Assembly: GCA_043228905.1 (NCBI GenBank)
Contig: JBHGNT010000015.1
Span: 248,001-312,000, forward strand
Source: Azolla caroliniana
Lineage: Eukaryota; Plantae; Polypodiophyta
DNA length: 64,000 nucleotides
Direction: 5' to 3'
Shown here: positions 49,401 through 63,448 of the stretch, piece by piece
Numbering within the stretch: the stretch's first letter is position 1
How the letters are laid out: each line of letters opens with the position of its first letter
Notes under the pieces: model-generated
What the model was told of the DNA's origin: nothing
Seen by the model: only the letters and a program-made list of their open reading frames with translations
Database searches by the model: none
Translations under genes and position numbers: made by a program

Positions 49401-51891
49401 TGATTTGATCCCAATTAAGATGAAATTCCCATGACATTCAGTCACTAACAGAGCTTGCTGGTGTGGAAACAGGTGTATATGATTTTAGCTTCGTATAAAA
49501 TCCAATAAATCAACCTGTAAAATAATAAATAAGGTGCAGCTAACACCATATAAAGAGTATCAAGTTTGTTGTAGATTAGGCAGCCGACAAATGAACTCCA
49601 TGTAGGCTGATCTCAGCTAATGATGTTGTCTAAAGTCTAAAACACCTTTTGTTGGTCTTGTATAAATATCAAAATTAAAAAAGAATTTAGTGAATAGAGT
49701 TATCCTAGGTTATATAGATTCTATAGATTGTTTCAATTTTATTTGATTGCACTTTAGGTTGGAGTTAAAAAATAGGTTATAAATTCTACAGTTTCTACTC
49801 CAAATCTAGAACTGGATATTGTTATATGGACTTCCAAGGGCTCCAACATGCATACACCACTTGGAAATCATTGCTACACTAAGCTGTATTCTTGGATACC
49901 AGACTCCAGTAAAATGAAAGACTTCAACAATACATGCTGCATAAATGTGCCTCCAGTGTGAGTATATTTCTCTTTTCCTTAAAAGAGTCTCCTTGGGGTA
50001 GTTTGGGAATGATTGTAACAATATAGGGGCGAGTTTAGAATCTATCATTAGTTGCACAAAATTTTAGCATCGAATAACTTCCAAGGAAGTCTAGGCTAAT
50101 GCAAAAGGTGCATTAGTAGCATATCATTTTAATGACTAGAATTTTATAATTCTGCACGGTTTTAGCGTAGTTACAACCTTTGAGATAGGCATGAATCTGG
50201 AATGCTTTAATGATATAATTGGAGATCCTTTTGTAGCCAAGAAGATATTTCTCTGGTTTACGATACATGTCCAGTTATGCCAAGCCTCAATCTGAGGTCT
50301 CATTTCATTGCAGAAGATTTTGTCCATGGTTTTAAGACTTAAAACCAAGCATAAGTATTTTAGGTAGTTAAATGCATCTTTAGTTCTACTGCTCTGCAAA
50401 TTACACTTTAGCATTAGAAAATATTTATAATCAATGGAGGAAGCCCCCTGGAGGGGTGCAGCAGATATTATTCGAATAGCTTCTATCGAGAAAGGGCGAT
50501 TCATGATTTTTATAGAGCCTTATATGTTTTTTTTACTACAGTATTAATTTTGTATTTTCTGAATCCGTTCTCTAAGCACCAAGTATTTTAAACTTAGCAT
50601 TCTCTAACCCTTTTTGAGTACTAAGTTTGGATATAGAGGATTGTAACACCTGTTGGCACAGGAGATATCAATCATCGATGAAGGGAGGAGGTTGTGATTG
50701 GTTGGAGATTGTGGCACATTTTAGCTTTCTAGTCCAACAACTTTCAATGAAAATTGTTCTCTATCCAAATTTAGATGTTCTTGCAGTGAGGTTTTTCTGC
50801 GGCTCTACTCTGAGGTGATTTAATTCTTTAGTGGGAATGCTTGAGGAGAAATTCGGCCCTTGAGAAATAGAGATTTCCAAAGAACATAATTGGCCTATTT
50901 TTCAATTTGTGATATTCTGATTTTACTTGAGATTCTCACACAATTGATATTTGAGCAACGAATTTGTTCGATATCCTCCTATAATAGCTAAGATAAAAAA
51001 TGAGGCAGTTCATTTGTAAACCAGATTTTTCTTTCATACTTGCAGATGGTGGCTCATGGAGTGAACTGAACTGATTTGGAAAGTTTTTGAAGTAAAATTT
51101 GTTCTGTTTGCTTGCAGTTTGATGTGAGAAATGTGTGCATGTAAGTGACAGGTAAACATTTTATATTGTACCATGTACTACTGTTTAGGGATGTCCATGA
51201 CCAAAAGACAGTCTCAGTTCTTGCATGATAAGAAAAGAAGTGGTCAATGGGGTGTAGTAAGTCTTATCTTATTGAGTCACCATAGTCTAGCATGTATCAT
51301 GGATGCAGCGTAGGATCGTAAGTGTTTGAAGTTATATAGATTATATGTTAAATAAACCTTCCAAAGATCAGACAATATTGTTTTACTACTCCTAATCGGA
51401 ATGATTCCCTTCATTCTCTGAGTTCGCAGTCCACTTGGAGGCTTTGAGGGGAAGAGTAAGGAAACCTCAGATCATATGTGTGATGTGCATGCATATGAGT
51501 TGATCCATTTGCAGATGTAAAAAATTCCTAAGTCTGCATGTCTCTCTCTGTCTCTCTCTCCATATATATATATTGTAATACACATAACCTATTCTATAGG
51601 CTTGATGATTTGTTTCAATATGAGCAGCATTTGGAGGAATCAGCAGAGCTACTATTAATTTGCATTTACTGGTACACGAATTTCAGACAGTAAAAGAAAA
51701 TCTGAATATTGAAATAATGATATGATTTTTTAAAAAGTAATGGTGTTGTATTTTGTAGGATAGGCATTATGTAAATAGATATACTTTTGATTTTTTTATG
51801 TAGGCAAATTTAAAATTTGTTAGAGATAATTAATCACTTATATGATGGAATAGGTGAACAAAACTTTGGTTTACCTGGCATTCATTTCCAA

Positions 51892-54055
51892 ATGAATAAT
51901 GGTCAGGGTCCTGGGCCTGGTATAGTTAATGTTCACATGGATGGAGAACCTAGAGACATTTGGAATGCAGGCAGAGTGGTTGCTGATGATCCTCATAGGA
52001 ACATGTTAATTGGAGAATCTTCTCAGATGCCAGTTATGCATAATATACAGAGAGCTAAACGACAGAATTGTGGAAATATGCAAGGACAACCTAATCCATT
52101 CCTTGCCAATTCAAGTCAGGAAGGATCTTGTACCAATTTAATGAATTTTGAATCCGAAGGTAGCATAAACCAGCATGCATCAACATGTGTTGGATCTCAT
52201 GTCACTCGAAGCCATCTCAGGAGAAACCCTAATGTCAGACATTTTTCATCTGGATCTCTGGATGGAACCAGAGAAACTTATCAGAATGCAATCTTACCAG
52301 GTTCTGAAGAGAGGTTCCCACATTGTCCAGTTGCTGGTAGATTCATCACCAGCAATCCTCAGCCGCATCTAGGTGACATTCCTTGTAAAAGGAAGAGCTC
52401 TATGATGGACACTGGCACAAGTGCTTTAAGTTTTGGAGCAACTGGAGAGCGATATCATGATAATCCAAGGTTTACTGATGCATCGGAGGCAATTAGAGCT
52501 GATAATGGAAGCTCTGTCTTTCCTGATTCTGCTCCTGTAATACTCGAACTACGAAATCCTAGGGGAAATGATAGTCTCCATCAATCTGCTAGAGTGAACT
52601 CAGTGCATTATCCACAAGGCAACAGGAGTCACATTAGGAATGGCTTTGGGACACACGAAATTCATCAAGCCTCCGTTATTATTCCAAATAACAACCGGTC
52701 AACATTAGCATCTCAGACATGGATGCCCAGGAGAAATGAAAATATACGAGAGTCAGCAGGATGCACGGACATAACTTCAGCTGAACCTTCATTATTGAAT
52801 CAAAGCCTTGGTTCCAGTGTTGGTAGTGTATGGGGTGGACACATACATGTCACAGGGCAGGGCAATAATAATAATCCAATATTTTCTGGTGCTATACCCA
52901 GAGATCTCAACTCTAGTGATCTATTGGGGAGCCAGATAAGGCACTACACTGGTGGATCTTCAAACTGGGTTGGATCTGAATGCAATTTGCAAAATCCAAT
53001 TGAGCAGCCAAATAGGGCAATGTCTAGTCTGAATAGGACACTACCTATTCGAGATGTTAGTCTGAATGTGCCTCACGTGCCTTCCAATCCATACATCTAT
53101 CCAGGATCAGCTCCATCATGGTCCTCTCCTTATCCCCCTGGTGGACCACAAAATAGGCGAAGTAGTGGAAGTTTGCTTCCGTTTCCATCTTCAGCATGTG
53201 CCACCCCAGCCAACATTATTCAAAGATCTCAAGCAATATATGGAGATGGGCATCCATCATTTCCACCTCCACATGGATCAGTACCACATATTTACTCAGG
53301 TTCTGCGGAAGGTGGTAGAGGTTTGCCACACCAAAATCTGTACCGTGTGCCATTTCGTGGACTTCCTGTTATTCCAACGGAGAGTGTTAATCGTCATCTG
53401 AGATTTTCACCTCATGTAAGTGTTTATGCTTGCAGTCTCTTTAAGCACAATTTTTTTATTATCGTAATATCCAGTTGTAGTGACGATTTGATATTGCTTT
53501 TTCTGCAGGATTTGGTAGATCAGTCTCCAGTTTATAATGGTGTAGATATTCATGATCAGCACAGTAACATGCGCTTAGACGTTGATAACATGTCATATGA
53601 GGTATAATACTCAGTTCTTTTCTGATTTTACTTTTTGATCTAGGTGTGATCATTTCTGAAAATTCATGATTGATGGGAATCTGTTGTAGGAGCTCCTTGC
53701 CTTGGAGGAAAGGATAGGCAATGTGAATACAGGGCTTTCTGAGGAGATCATTCAGAAGTGCGTTAAGGCGACCAAGTATGCTTCCTTAAATGAAGCATCT
53801 ACTGTCATTTGTCTCGAAAGTGAAGTGAAGTGCAGCATCTGTCAGGTTAGCTCAATGTTATTCTTGATATTGTCAAGTAAAAGATGTTTACATCTTGTCT
53901 AATTCGTACATATTTTGCAGGAAGAGTACACACAAGGTGATGAGATTGGCAAACTTGAATGTAGCCATTGTTACCACACTGCTTGCATTAAAGAGTGGCT
54001 AATGCTGAAGAATTTGTGTCCCATTTGCAAGTCTTCAGCTTATACATCATCTTAA
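51892..54055 (+). CDS. RING-H2 E3 ubiquitin ligase, MBR1/2-HIP1 (CTL) family; exons 51892-53415, 53509-53601, 53690-53845, 53921-54055
   Basis: DQHSNMRLDVDNMSYEELLALEERIGNVNTGLSEE, then CSICQEEY...LECSHCYHTACIKEWL..KNLCPICK; long low-complexity N-terminus. Start taken as the first in-frame ATG. Confidence 0.92.
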
Positions 54056-55299
54056 GTTCGGCTGTCAGAATATTGCTTTTACTGTACAAGGTGTACATAA
54101 TGATTACTAAAACCTTCCCTTCACTATGGGATGACTGTTGGTGGATATGGATGGAAGACTGATGATGTAAATGGTTGGGAAAACTGATGGTGTATATGGT
54201 TGATAAATATCCTCCAATGTCAATTCTTCTCATTTAAATTAAAATGTAAATCACTGCTTCAATAAAAATATCTTGAAGTCTAGCGATGCTTCCATTGTCA
54301 GTTTTTTTTCTCATGTGAAGGATTTCATTGGGTGAAATGGCTAGTTGTGCATTTTAGGGATTTAAATTCATCCTTGCATGGGTTTTAATTTAAAATGTAG
54401 TTCCCTTTATTTTCTCCTAGTGCTAAGGTGGTTTCTCTTGTTTGCTCCTCTTGGTGAACTTTTTAGAGGATCGATAAGTTAAATTGTAAATTTGTATTCA
54501 AAATTAAAAAATCTTCTTGAATCAAAGTAAATATGTAGGGCTTGCAATTAAAGTGGTCTGGATGAGCTTGTGATTATCAAGTACTCACTCTTTATGTTTT
54601 AAGTCTTACACTTTTTAATGACATTGATATCAACATCTGCACAAGGATGCAAGCCTATGTGCAATGTAATGAAGACATAGTGTGAAAAGGACCATTTATC
54701 ACTTCACCTGCCCACTTGGTGCCAACCACACTTATCTTTCGATAACCCTTGTGTCAAACACACAATCACAACCAACTCCCCCTTTATCTCCAAACTTTCC
54801 CCTACACTCAATCATCAACTTTATCAAAAAAGGGTATCCAACCACACCCCTTGATGCACTCACCTCCCAACACTACGATAATCCATACCTTTCCATCAAT
54901 AGTTTTCCTTACCGCATGTCATCAGATATCACATTGTCATGCTTGGGAATATGCCCCAAAATTGTTGGTAAGACAAGGATTGTAAAGCGATGAATCAATA
55001 ACTTCATATGAATTTAAGCCCTTGAGAGATTGCACAAAAAATAGCTCACACACATGCAAACCATTTTATATACTTAAATAGAGTGTGCATGTGAGGAAGC
55101 ATAAAATTGGGGTTTAGGCCATCTCATCATGAGCAAAGATTTGGGTTGTGTATGGTGACATATGAGAGAACCTCGAGACCCAGCCATGATCAAGAATCCA
55201 AAACTATGTCATTCTTATGCAGAAAAGTTGTAACATGTCCTGCACCAACCCCCTTCACCACAATCATAATAAGATACCCTAATTCCTCTGCACTCTTCA

Positions 55300-55530
55300 C
55301 CTCATACAAAACCTCCAAACCCAAGAGGTACATGTGAGTAGGGACGTCATTTTTTATGAAGAAGCCTCATGGTACTCAACTATAGTTGGTTTTGATGATG
55401 AGGGCAATATAGATGGCTTGTTCGAGGTGGGTCTCGACACTTAGGAAGAATGTCCTATCTCATTGTGGCTGAATGGGCCACAAGAAGAACTGAGTCGTCA
55501 TGACCAGCCAATGAGTGAAGAGGAATTGGT
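55300..55530 (+). mobile_element. Copia remnant (post-integrase region)
   Basis: TQEVHVSRDVIFYEEASWYS and WLNGPQEELS match KQVRVSLDVEFDESASWYS and RLSGPNERLS of the 57.6-63.4 kb element. Confidence 0.7.
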
Positions 55531-55829
55531 TGTGATTTCTAGTTGTGACCTTCTTTATTTTACCGGAGACCCTTGTAACCAATAGAGCGCGCTTCTCCGC
55601 CTACCTTTCGCGTGTAGTCGTGTTCTGGTCTGACCCGGTGACCGCCGTGCTTACCGGCCCCAAATCTTGCCATTCCATCTCTTCCTTTCTCTTCTCCCTC
55701 TACTTTCACTCACTCCTCGGTTCAGGGCCCCCACGGTCCCGCCTTAGTTTCCTACACACACACGTAACAACACGACACCGTGGACAAAGAAATCACTTGA
55801 TCATTTAGCTCGTTCACTTAAATATACAT

Positions 55830-56070
55830 TATGGAAGAAAGACACAAACCTTGGTATGAGTTGGGTATCATGGAACAATATTTGTACCCCAAAACGGTTA
55901 GGGGGTGCTGCCTTACTAAATTTAGAAGATCATATGGTGGCTCGAAGGTTCAATCTTTTGAAAGGTATGTGCATAGATACCCAACCTTGGGCAGAAATAA
56001 TTACTTATTTTGTGGAAAAGGTTGGTATTTACCATGGGAAAACGAGAATTACAGCTTCGTGGTGGCATGC
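55830..56070 (+). mobile_element. L1-type LINE ORF2 fragment
   Basis: VSWNNICTPKRLGGAALLNL is the conserved post-RT 'W..ic.PK..GG.G' motif of plant L1 elements. Confidence 0.75.
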
Positions 56071-57080
56071 TCTCTCTCTCTCTCTCTCTCCATCTTTGTG
56101 TTTTGTTGTTTCTATCTTTGGTTGTCCATTGTTGTAGTTATGTTCGGCTAGGCCAACTGTGTATCACGATTTCCACATTCTTTAAAGCTACCCTCTACAT
56201 GGACTCCACTACTGTTCGATCAATGATGGAGAAGACATAGGGAATCAACCCTTACATTAGAATATAGGATGCCATGACAATTGTATATAATTAATTTCCT
56301 CTTTATCTCTTTACCTCCACATTTTTTCAATATGCCAAGGAGTCACCATATATCAAAGTAATGAAATACCAAAGATAAACAAGACTAAGAGTACTACGTA
56401 GTACGTTATAAGGCACACAGATCATACCATCACCAATGTCGATAATTGTTTTACATGTCCAACGTGCACGAGCACTTTTCAAACTTCTTCATAACATCCT
56501 TTCATTACACCAACCAACCATGGATGCAGAGTAAAGTCACCACTATTCTCATGCATATATCTATGCACTTCATGCTAGTAAACCATCTCAAAAATCGTTC
56601 TACCACATGCATTTGGATAACGATCATGGAGCTTTTATCTTTGTGTTATTTTGAATAACATGGTATCACCCATATTTGTAATCAGGATTTGTCTCATTAG
56701 CCAATTTTGATTCTAAGACCTACTCTAATCTCTTGTATGTGATGGTAGTTGACAACTAATTAACGCGAGTTTCGGTCTTTTGTGTGTGCTACCTAGGTTA
56801 ATTGATTAAGCCACATTTTAATAATAACTAACTTCGTTGTTAAGATAACTATTTGAAAGAGAGACAACGATTTCACATAAATCAATGTATACACGGGGAG
56901 GAGTATTATGGGTGGTGGTGCAAGATAAACCAATGGTATGTGTGTCACGACATAATGACAAAAAGTACAAAGTTGGTGAGAATTGAACTTGCAACCTCAC
57001 ATCAACAATATGTAATGCTCAACCATTTTGATTTGAGCATATATACATATACTGTACAGTCTACTATGTAAGCTTGGAAC

Positions 57081-57584
57081 TGTAGATCTATGAGAAACAG
57101 TAGACAGAAACTTTGCACAAATGTACAGAGAATACACACGGTAGATAGTCTTTTACGTGGAAACCCTAAACAAGGGAAAACCACGGGCAACAGAGATATA
57201 CAAGGAAGAACAGATTACAACACTTTCTAGACAAAGTGTATTAGCCACACATGGCTCTTGGTGTCTAGTATCACACAATTGTGCCGTCATTCACACTCTC
57301 CTGTCTCTATTCCTACCCTCTACTACTCTCTATTACTCTCAGTACAACAACGTTATACAACACTTTGTTATATTCATACATTGAGTTTTCCCTACCTCTT
57401 CCTATTTATATATAGGGATATATTATTATTATTATCGAATAATAACAATAGTCGTTAATCAGCTGATTGATCGACTCGACTATCCGACCCATACTCAAGT
57501 CGGCAATCTAGTCGGCCTGACCAACCGACTCTCGTCTCGACTATCAGTTGACCCGACTTGTCGGCTCTGTCTTCACTTGGAGCA
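57081..57584 (-). mobile_element. Older LTR fragment (minus orientation) interrupted by the copia insertion
   Basis: Starts TGTAG; contains ttttacgtggaaaccc...aaaaccacggg, a minus-strand TATA near 57402-57413 and a CCGA/TCGG-rich U3-like part cut at 57584. No PBS on the left. Confidence 0.55.
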
Positions 57585-58089
57585 TGTTGAGCGGCAAGCT
57601 CAAATAGAGCCGGATCGACTAGATAAGCCTGAGCCGGCAAGCGAGATGGATCGGTAAGCCGGTGAGCAACCGAGCCGACAAGGAACAGAGCCGGTTAGCC
57701 GAATCCAATCGGTAACCGAAAGCCTAGTATTACTTTAGACTACTAGGCAGTTATAGTCTTGTAGTAAGTGTTAGATGCTCGTGTGAGCATTGAAGTAGAC
57801 GGTACTTTTGTCAGTCCCACGAGGACTTGTATAAATAGTGCTACTAAGCACAGTTGTATTGATAGAGTGTTTATATCGTTTTTGAATATAGCTTTTACGT
57901 TCTGCTCTCTCTGTCTCTCTCGTGTACTCTGTGTATTCTCTGCTTTTCTTTGTTTTCTAACGCTTCCGCAAGTAATCGTTTACATGGTATCAGAGCGCGA
58001 GGGTTCAGAACCTCTGCAGCCGACAAACGCTTGAAAGCAAGCCCTAATAGCTCGTAAGAACAACAGACAGAGAAGTGATGGATAGAGGA

Positions 58090-61000
58090 ATGGCTACCTC
58101 ACTCCCTATGGAGAAACTCGACAGATCCAACTACGCATCTTGGTCGTACAAGATGCACCAGTACCTGCTTGGGCATGGCTACTGGAGTTTCGTTGAAGGA
58201 GCCAACGAAACAGCACTTGATGCGACACATAAGGATTTCCCAGTGTGGGAACAATCGGCAAGCAGAGTGATGTACTGCTTCGCGTCCAGTGTCGGAGACC
58301 AGCTGCTGAGCCACATCCGAGATGCCAAGACGCCAAAGGAGGCTTGAGGAAACCTGAAGAAGGTTTTTGCCGCAAGCACTACAACTTGGAAGCTACAACT
58401 CCGACAGGAGTTGAGCAATGTCTGACAGAAGGACATGTTGGTGGCGGATTACACGGCCCGGATCAAAGAGATCCGTGACTCGCTCGCCTCTGTCAACGTT
58501 ACCGTAGAGGAAGACGAGATGGTACAGGTCTGTCTTGGGGACATGGCGTCTAAGTTCAGAGCGTTCCGAACGGCGGTATGTACAAGGGAGAATACGCCGT
58601 CATTTTTTGACTTATAGTCGATGCTCCTTGTAGAGGAGAACCACGCCAGTGCGTCAACTAGCGCACCCATTGACAACCGGATGTTGTACACGGAAGCGGA
58701 TCGGTCCCGTGGGCGTGGTGGACGAGGCGGGTCAACATGCAATGGAGGCGGCCGACAAGACTAGGAACAAAGGCACAGAGAACGTGCCGACAGCAGTTCC
58801 GGACCCTCTAGGAGTAGGGGGAGTCATGGCAGCACCGGAAGACGGCAAGAGAAGACTGCAACGAAATGTTGGTACTGTGGCAAAAAGGGCCACAGAGAAA
58901 GCGAGTGCTGGAGAAAACGCCCCGATTCGGACAAATCCGGATCTGGCAAGGCCGACAAAGAATGGCCGTCAAAGCTTGCACTACGCGAAGGGATCGGGAG
59001 GATCCAAGAACGGTAACGGGCCAGCCTTAGTGATGAAGCATGAGGCGAACTCGATGAAGGAGACCACTTCCAAATCAGAGGAAGTGTGGTATGTTGATTC
59101 TGGTGCGTCAAACCACATGACGAGCCACGAAGAACCTGGTGTCGGTCGGACAGATTGTCGACCAGGGGATGCAGATGTGGTTTATGCACCTTGGGTGCTT
59201 CATCGAGGAAGAGGGCCAGATTATTGCGCAAGGGCGCAGAGACGGGAGGATGTTTATCCTCGACACCAATGATGTTGTCGCGTTGCTACGCGCGTGCGTG
59301 GAGAACAAGGCGAGACCACTAGGGTCTTGGACCGAGGAATAGGCGAGGAAGCGAAAGGAGACAAAGAGAGAGACACTCACTCACGTATAGACAAAGAAGC
59401 GCACGGGGGCGCTCACACAACAACACAAGAGACACGAGTTGAGAACACTAGAGTATGTATGTAACAATATGCATGTATTTGCGTGTATGCAGACGACTCG
59501 AACGGTTACAACCGACCAGGTCGGTGAGGCAGATGCCGACGCCCGATCACCCACGCACACAGGAGAGCAAGATGGAGATTCTGCCGGAAGCACACGGGCG
59601 TTCCACGGAGCAGAATCAGCCTCTCGAGAACCTGCGCCAAGAAAGCTATGGAGAACGACAGAGGAGAAGAGCTCAGTCCCAGTCCGACAACACTTCGTCC
59701 CCTCTAGCGTGCGATCCCTTTTATAGCTCAAGGAGGGAGGCCGCCTTGCCTGTTTACATCACATTAATTCTTTGTCCTTTCGGACAGAGATACTCCTCGA
59801 TTTCCCTTACAGAATATTGCTACCTAGGATTTAACCTTTGTGCCTACCTATCTACTATACGACAAGGGACGTGCCCACATGTAAGGGCCGGTTCCCACAC
59901 ACTATACATGGTTTGCGCCTGGGGATGGTTTTCTTCACGACAATGTCGGCACCACTTTGTTTGCAAAAGGACAGAAGGTCGAATTGGACATCGACCCGTG
60001 GCACAAGCGGATAGGCCACGTCAATTACCGGAGGCTTCAAGACTTGCAAACGAAACAAGTTAGTTTCGGTTTGCCGAAGTTCAGGAGTCGGAAGGCCCAA
60101 GTATGTGAAGCCTGCCAACTCGGGAAGCAACACCTGCTTCCATTCCCTACCGAACGTAACCGGAGCCGTAATAAGCTCGACCTTATCCATTCTGATGTGT
60201 GGGGACCGGCACAGAATGTTAGTCTTGGCTGGAGTCGATATTTCGTCTCCTTCATCGACGACTATACGCGGCACACCTGGATCTACCTCATTGAGCGGAA
60301 GAGTAAAGTCTTTGTGTGTTTCCGGAGTCTCCAAATCATGGTGGAACGGGAATCGGAGAGGAAGATCAAATGCCTACGGTCGGATAGCGGAAAAGAATAC
60401 TTTTCCGACCAATTCAACAGTTATCTGTAGCAAAAGGGAATTCGACGAGAGTTCAGCTACATATACAAATCGCAACAGAATGGTGTTGCCGAAAGGAAGA
60501 ACCGATCGCTTATTTATGCGGTAAGGGCAATGCTGGAGGAGAAGAGCATGCCCAAATTCTACTGGGTGGAGGCAGTCCGAACGATTGTCTACATCCAGAA
60601 CCGGATCGGTGACAAGGTGTCAGCTCACGAGCTGTATTTCGGACGCAAGACGAATTTGAGACACCTTAAGATCTTTGGTAGCATTGCATATGTGCATGTA
60701 CCGGATGACAAGCGGAGGAAGCTGGATGCAAAATCGGAAAAATGCATCCTAGTCGGCTATGCTCAAGAGCAAAAGGGTTATAAGTGTTATAACCCCCGAA
60801 CAAAGCAGGTTAGAGTTAGTCTAGATGTCGAGTTCGATGAATCGGCATCATGGTATTCCTTACCGACTCCGACTTCCGATTCTGACCCGATGCCGGTGGA
60901 TGAGGCTAATGAGCCTGAACCGGCCTAAGGAGAGGATGATGAAGCGTGGACTCAGGATGAGAGTCCGGAATTGTTCCGGTTGAGCGGGCCGAACGAGAGA

Positions 61001-63389
61001 TTGAGTCAATCTAACCAATCCGATGAGGAATCGGCGAGTAGTGGAGACTCCGTCGTGCACTCCCCGCGCAAGGAACTGAGGAGACGGTTCACGCGCAAAG
61101 AGAAGGGGAAGAAGAAGATGCCGGAATTCGAAACCGGCAACGATGAGTCGGATCGGTGTGCACCCGACTTCGGCAAGGAGAAAGGCGGATCTTCGGCAAC
61201 GAAGACCGAACCGGCCAAGAAGGGCCTCAAACCGGGTAACGGTGAGTTACACCGGTCCACTTGCCAGAAGGGTCCCGTCAAGCGGTACGGGTACAATGAG
61301 TACATGGCGCATCACTATGCGTACATGACTAAGGTGGCGGAAGTGCGTGAGCCGGAGAGCTACGCAGAAGCGGCAAAGGACGCCAATTGGCGTGCCGCTA
61401 TGGAGGAAGAAATGCGGGCACTTCATGTCAATGAGACCTGGGACTTGGTTGACGCACCGAAGGGTGTGAAGCTGATCGAATGTAGGTGCATGTACAAGGC
61501 CAAGTACAACACCGACGGCTCAGTCAACCGATACAGGGCCTGGTTAGTGGCAAAGGCTACACGCAGAAAACACGGCATCGACTACGATGAGACGTTTGCA
61601 CCGGTCGCGAAGATGACGACCGTCCGTGTTTTGCTCGCGGTAGCCACGGCCAAGGGGTGGCATCTTTACCATATGGATGTGAAGAATGTGTTTCTTCAGG
61701 GTGATCTTGAAGAAGAAGTCTTTATGACTCAACCCCCTGGTTTTCAATCGGAGATGAACAAGTCGGTGGTATGTCGGCTGAAGAAGTCGTTGTACGGCCT
61801 GAAGCAAGCCCCTCGCGCTTGGAATGCAAAGATCACGCACCGGTTGCGTAAGATGGGGTTTGCAGCCTCCAAGTCTGACTCTTCGTTGTTCATCCGTCAA
61901 GGCTCAACCAGTCGGGTATGTATCCTGTTGTATGTTGATGATTTAGTCATCACAAGATTGGGTCTTCTAGAAGTCAAACACGTTAAGTCCCAGTTGTTGG
62001 ACGCATTTGAGATGAAGGACCTGAGGGACCTTCATTATTTTCTTGGGATCGAGGTGATTTGAACCCCCGACGGCATATTGCTCCTACAACAACATTACGT
62101 TTTGAATATGTTGTACAAGTTCGGCATGACAGAATGCCGACCTATCTCCACACCCTTGGGCCGGAACCAGAAGCTTCGTCCACACCCTTCAGTGCGCGCA
62201 ACGGATACTACGTTATGTAGGCAACACGAAGGACCGAGGCCTATTATACCGGCACGATATACCCGAAGAGCTGGTTGGTTACACAGATGCCGACTAGGCC
62301 GGCGATGCATCAAATTGTCGATCAACCTTCAGTTCCATGTTTTCCCTAGGAAGTGCGACTGTTGCGTGGGGCAACAAAAAGCAGCCAATAGTTGCTCTGT
62401 CGAGCACTGAGGCTGAGTATCGAGGCGCTACCATTGCCACCTGTGAAGCCATTTGACTTCGGCGACTGTTGCAAGACCTACATATCGAGGTACCGTCCCC
62501 GATCCTGGTATACTGCGACAACATAAGCAGCATGCACCTCGCCAAGAACCTCATATTCCATGCTCGCACAAAGCACATAGAAGTGCACTATCACTTTGTG
62601 CGTGAGCGTGTCCTGAGCGGTGAGGTTGAACTTCGGTATGTTCACACGGATCGGCAAGTTGCCGACATCTTCACCAAACCGCTCGGATCAGACAAGTTGC
62701 AGCACTTCACCAAAATGCTTGGTGTTCAGCATCTCGACGTGCCACACTTGAGGGGGAGAACGGGCAAAGACACCGGAACGGGCAAAGGCAAAGAGACTGC
62801 CGATTGCGCCGGTGAGGGAAGAACTGACGAAGGGAGAGTCAAGAAAAAGAAAGGAGCCGAGTCGACAAGGGAAATAGACACGTCCGAACAAGTCGGAACA
62901 AGCGGCAATGGTGGTAGAGTCAAGAAGGACAGAGCCGACCGAAGGAAGAAGGCCAAGACCCGGACATGGTCCAATGTGGTGAAGGGCCTAGAACCAAAAG
63001 ACGAATCGGGAGCAACCGATTCGGACAATAGCTGGAACGAATCGGAGACAGTTGATTCGGTTCAACAGACAGATTCAGAAGAACTGGATCAATTCAAGGC
63101 CAAGAGGATGAGAAGGCAGCGAAAGTTGACGCCAACACGAAGGGATCGGCTAACGGGAACGCACCGAAGTCACAACAGCAAGGGAGCTGAATTGGGCCTG
63201 TTGAGCAGACAAGCCGACCGAGGAGATCGAGGTGTGCAAAACAAGAGGGGTCGTGGCAAACAGAACTGGACCGGACGAGGAGCGCGAGCAAGGCGGAACG
63301 ACGCCAGGAGAAGTCGGTTCGAAGAACCGACTGCCACAGAGGCTGACACTAGGATCCAACCTCAAGTTGAGCTTGAGGGGGAGTGTTGA
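58090..63389 (+). pseudogene. copia gag-pol pseudogene
   Basis: CWYCGKKGHRESEC, WYVDSGASNHMT, WHKRIGH, IHSDVWGP, RSDSGKEY, ETFAPVAK, LYGLKQAPRAW, LYVDDL, HARTKHIEVHYHFVRE; multiple stops, frameshifts, two internal deletions, one insertion. Confidence 0.95.
59276..59942 (-). mobile_element. Solo LTR (667 bp) inserted in the copia pol
   Basis: TGTCG...CGACA ends with ATGT duplicated on both sides. Removing it restores ...DTNDVGTTLFAKGQK. Minus-strand TATAAAAG near 59718-59725. Confidence 0.88.
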
Positions 63390-63448
63390 GCGGCAAGCTC
63401 AACTAGAGCCGGATCGGCTGGATAAGCCTGAGCCGGCAAGCGAGACGG

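Larger units (their letters stand above)
57585..63448 (+). mobile_element. Degenerate Ty1/copia LTR retrotransposon
   Basis: 5' LTR 57585-57984 (TGTTG...TACA), PBS TGGTATCAGAGC 57985-57996, PPT GAGGGGGAG 63375-63383, 3' LTR from 63384 (4 mismatches in 65 bp vs the 5' LTR) cut at 63448. Confidence 0.96.
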
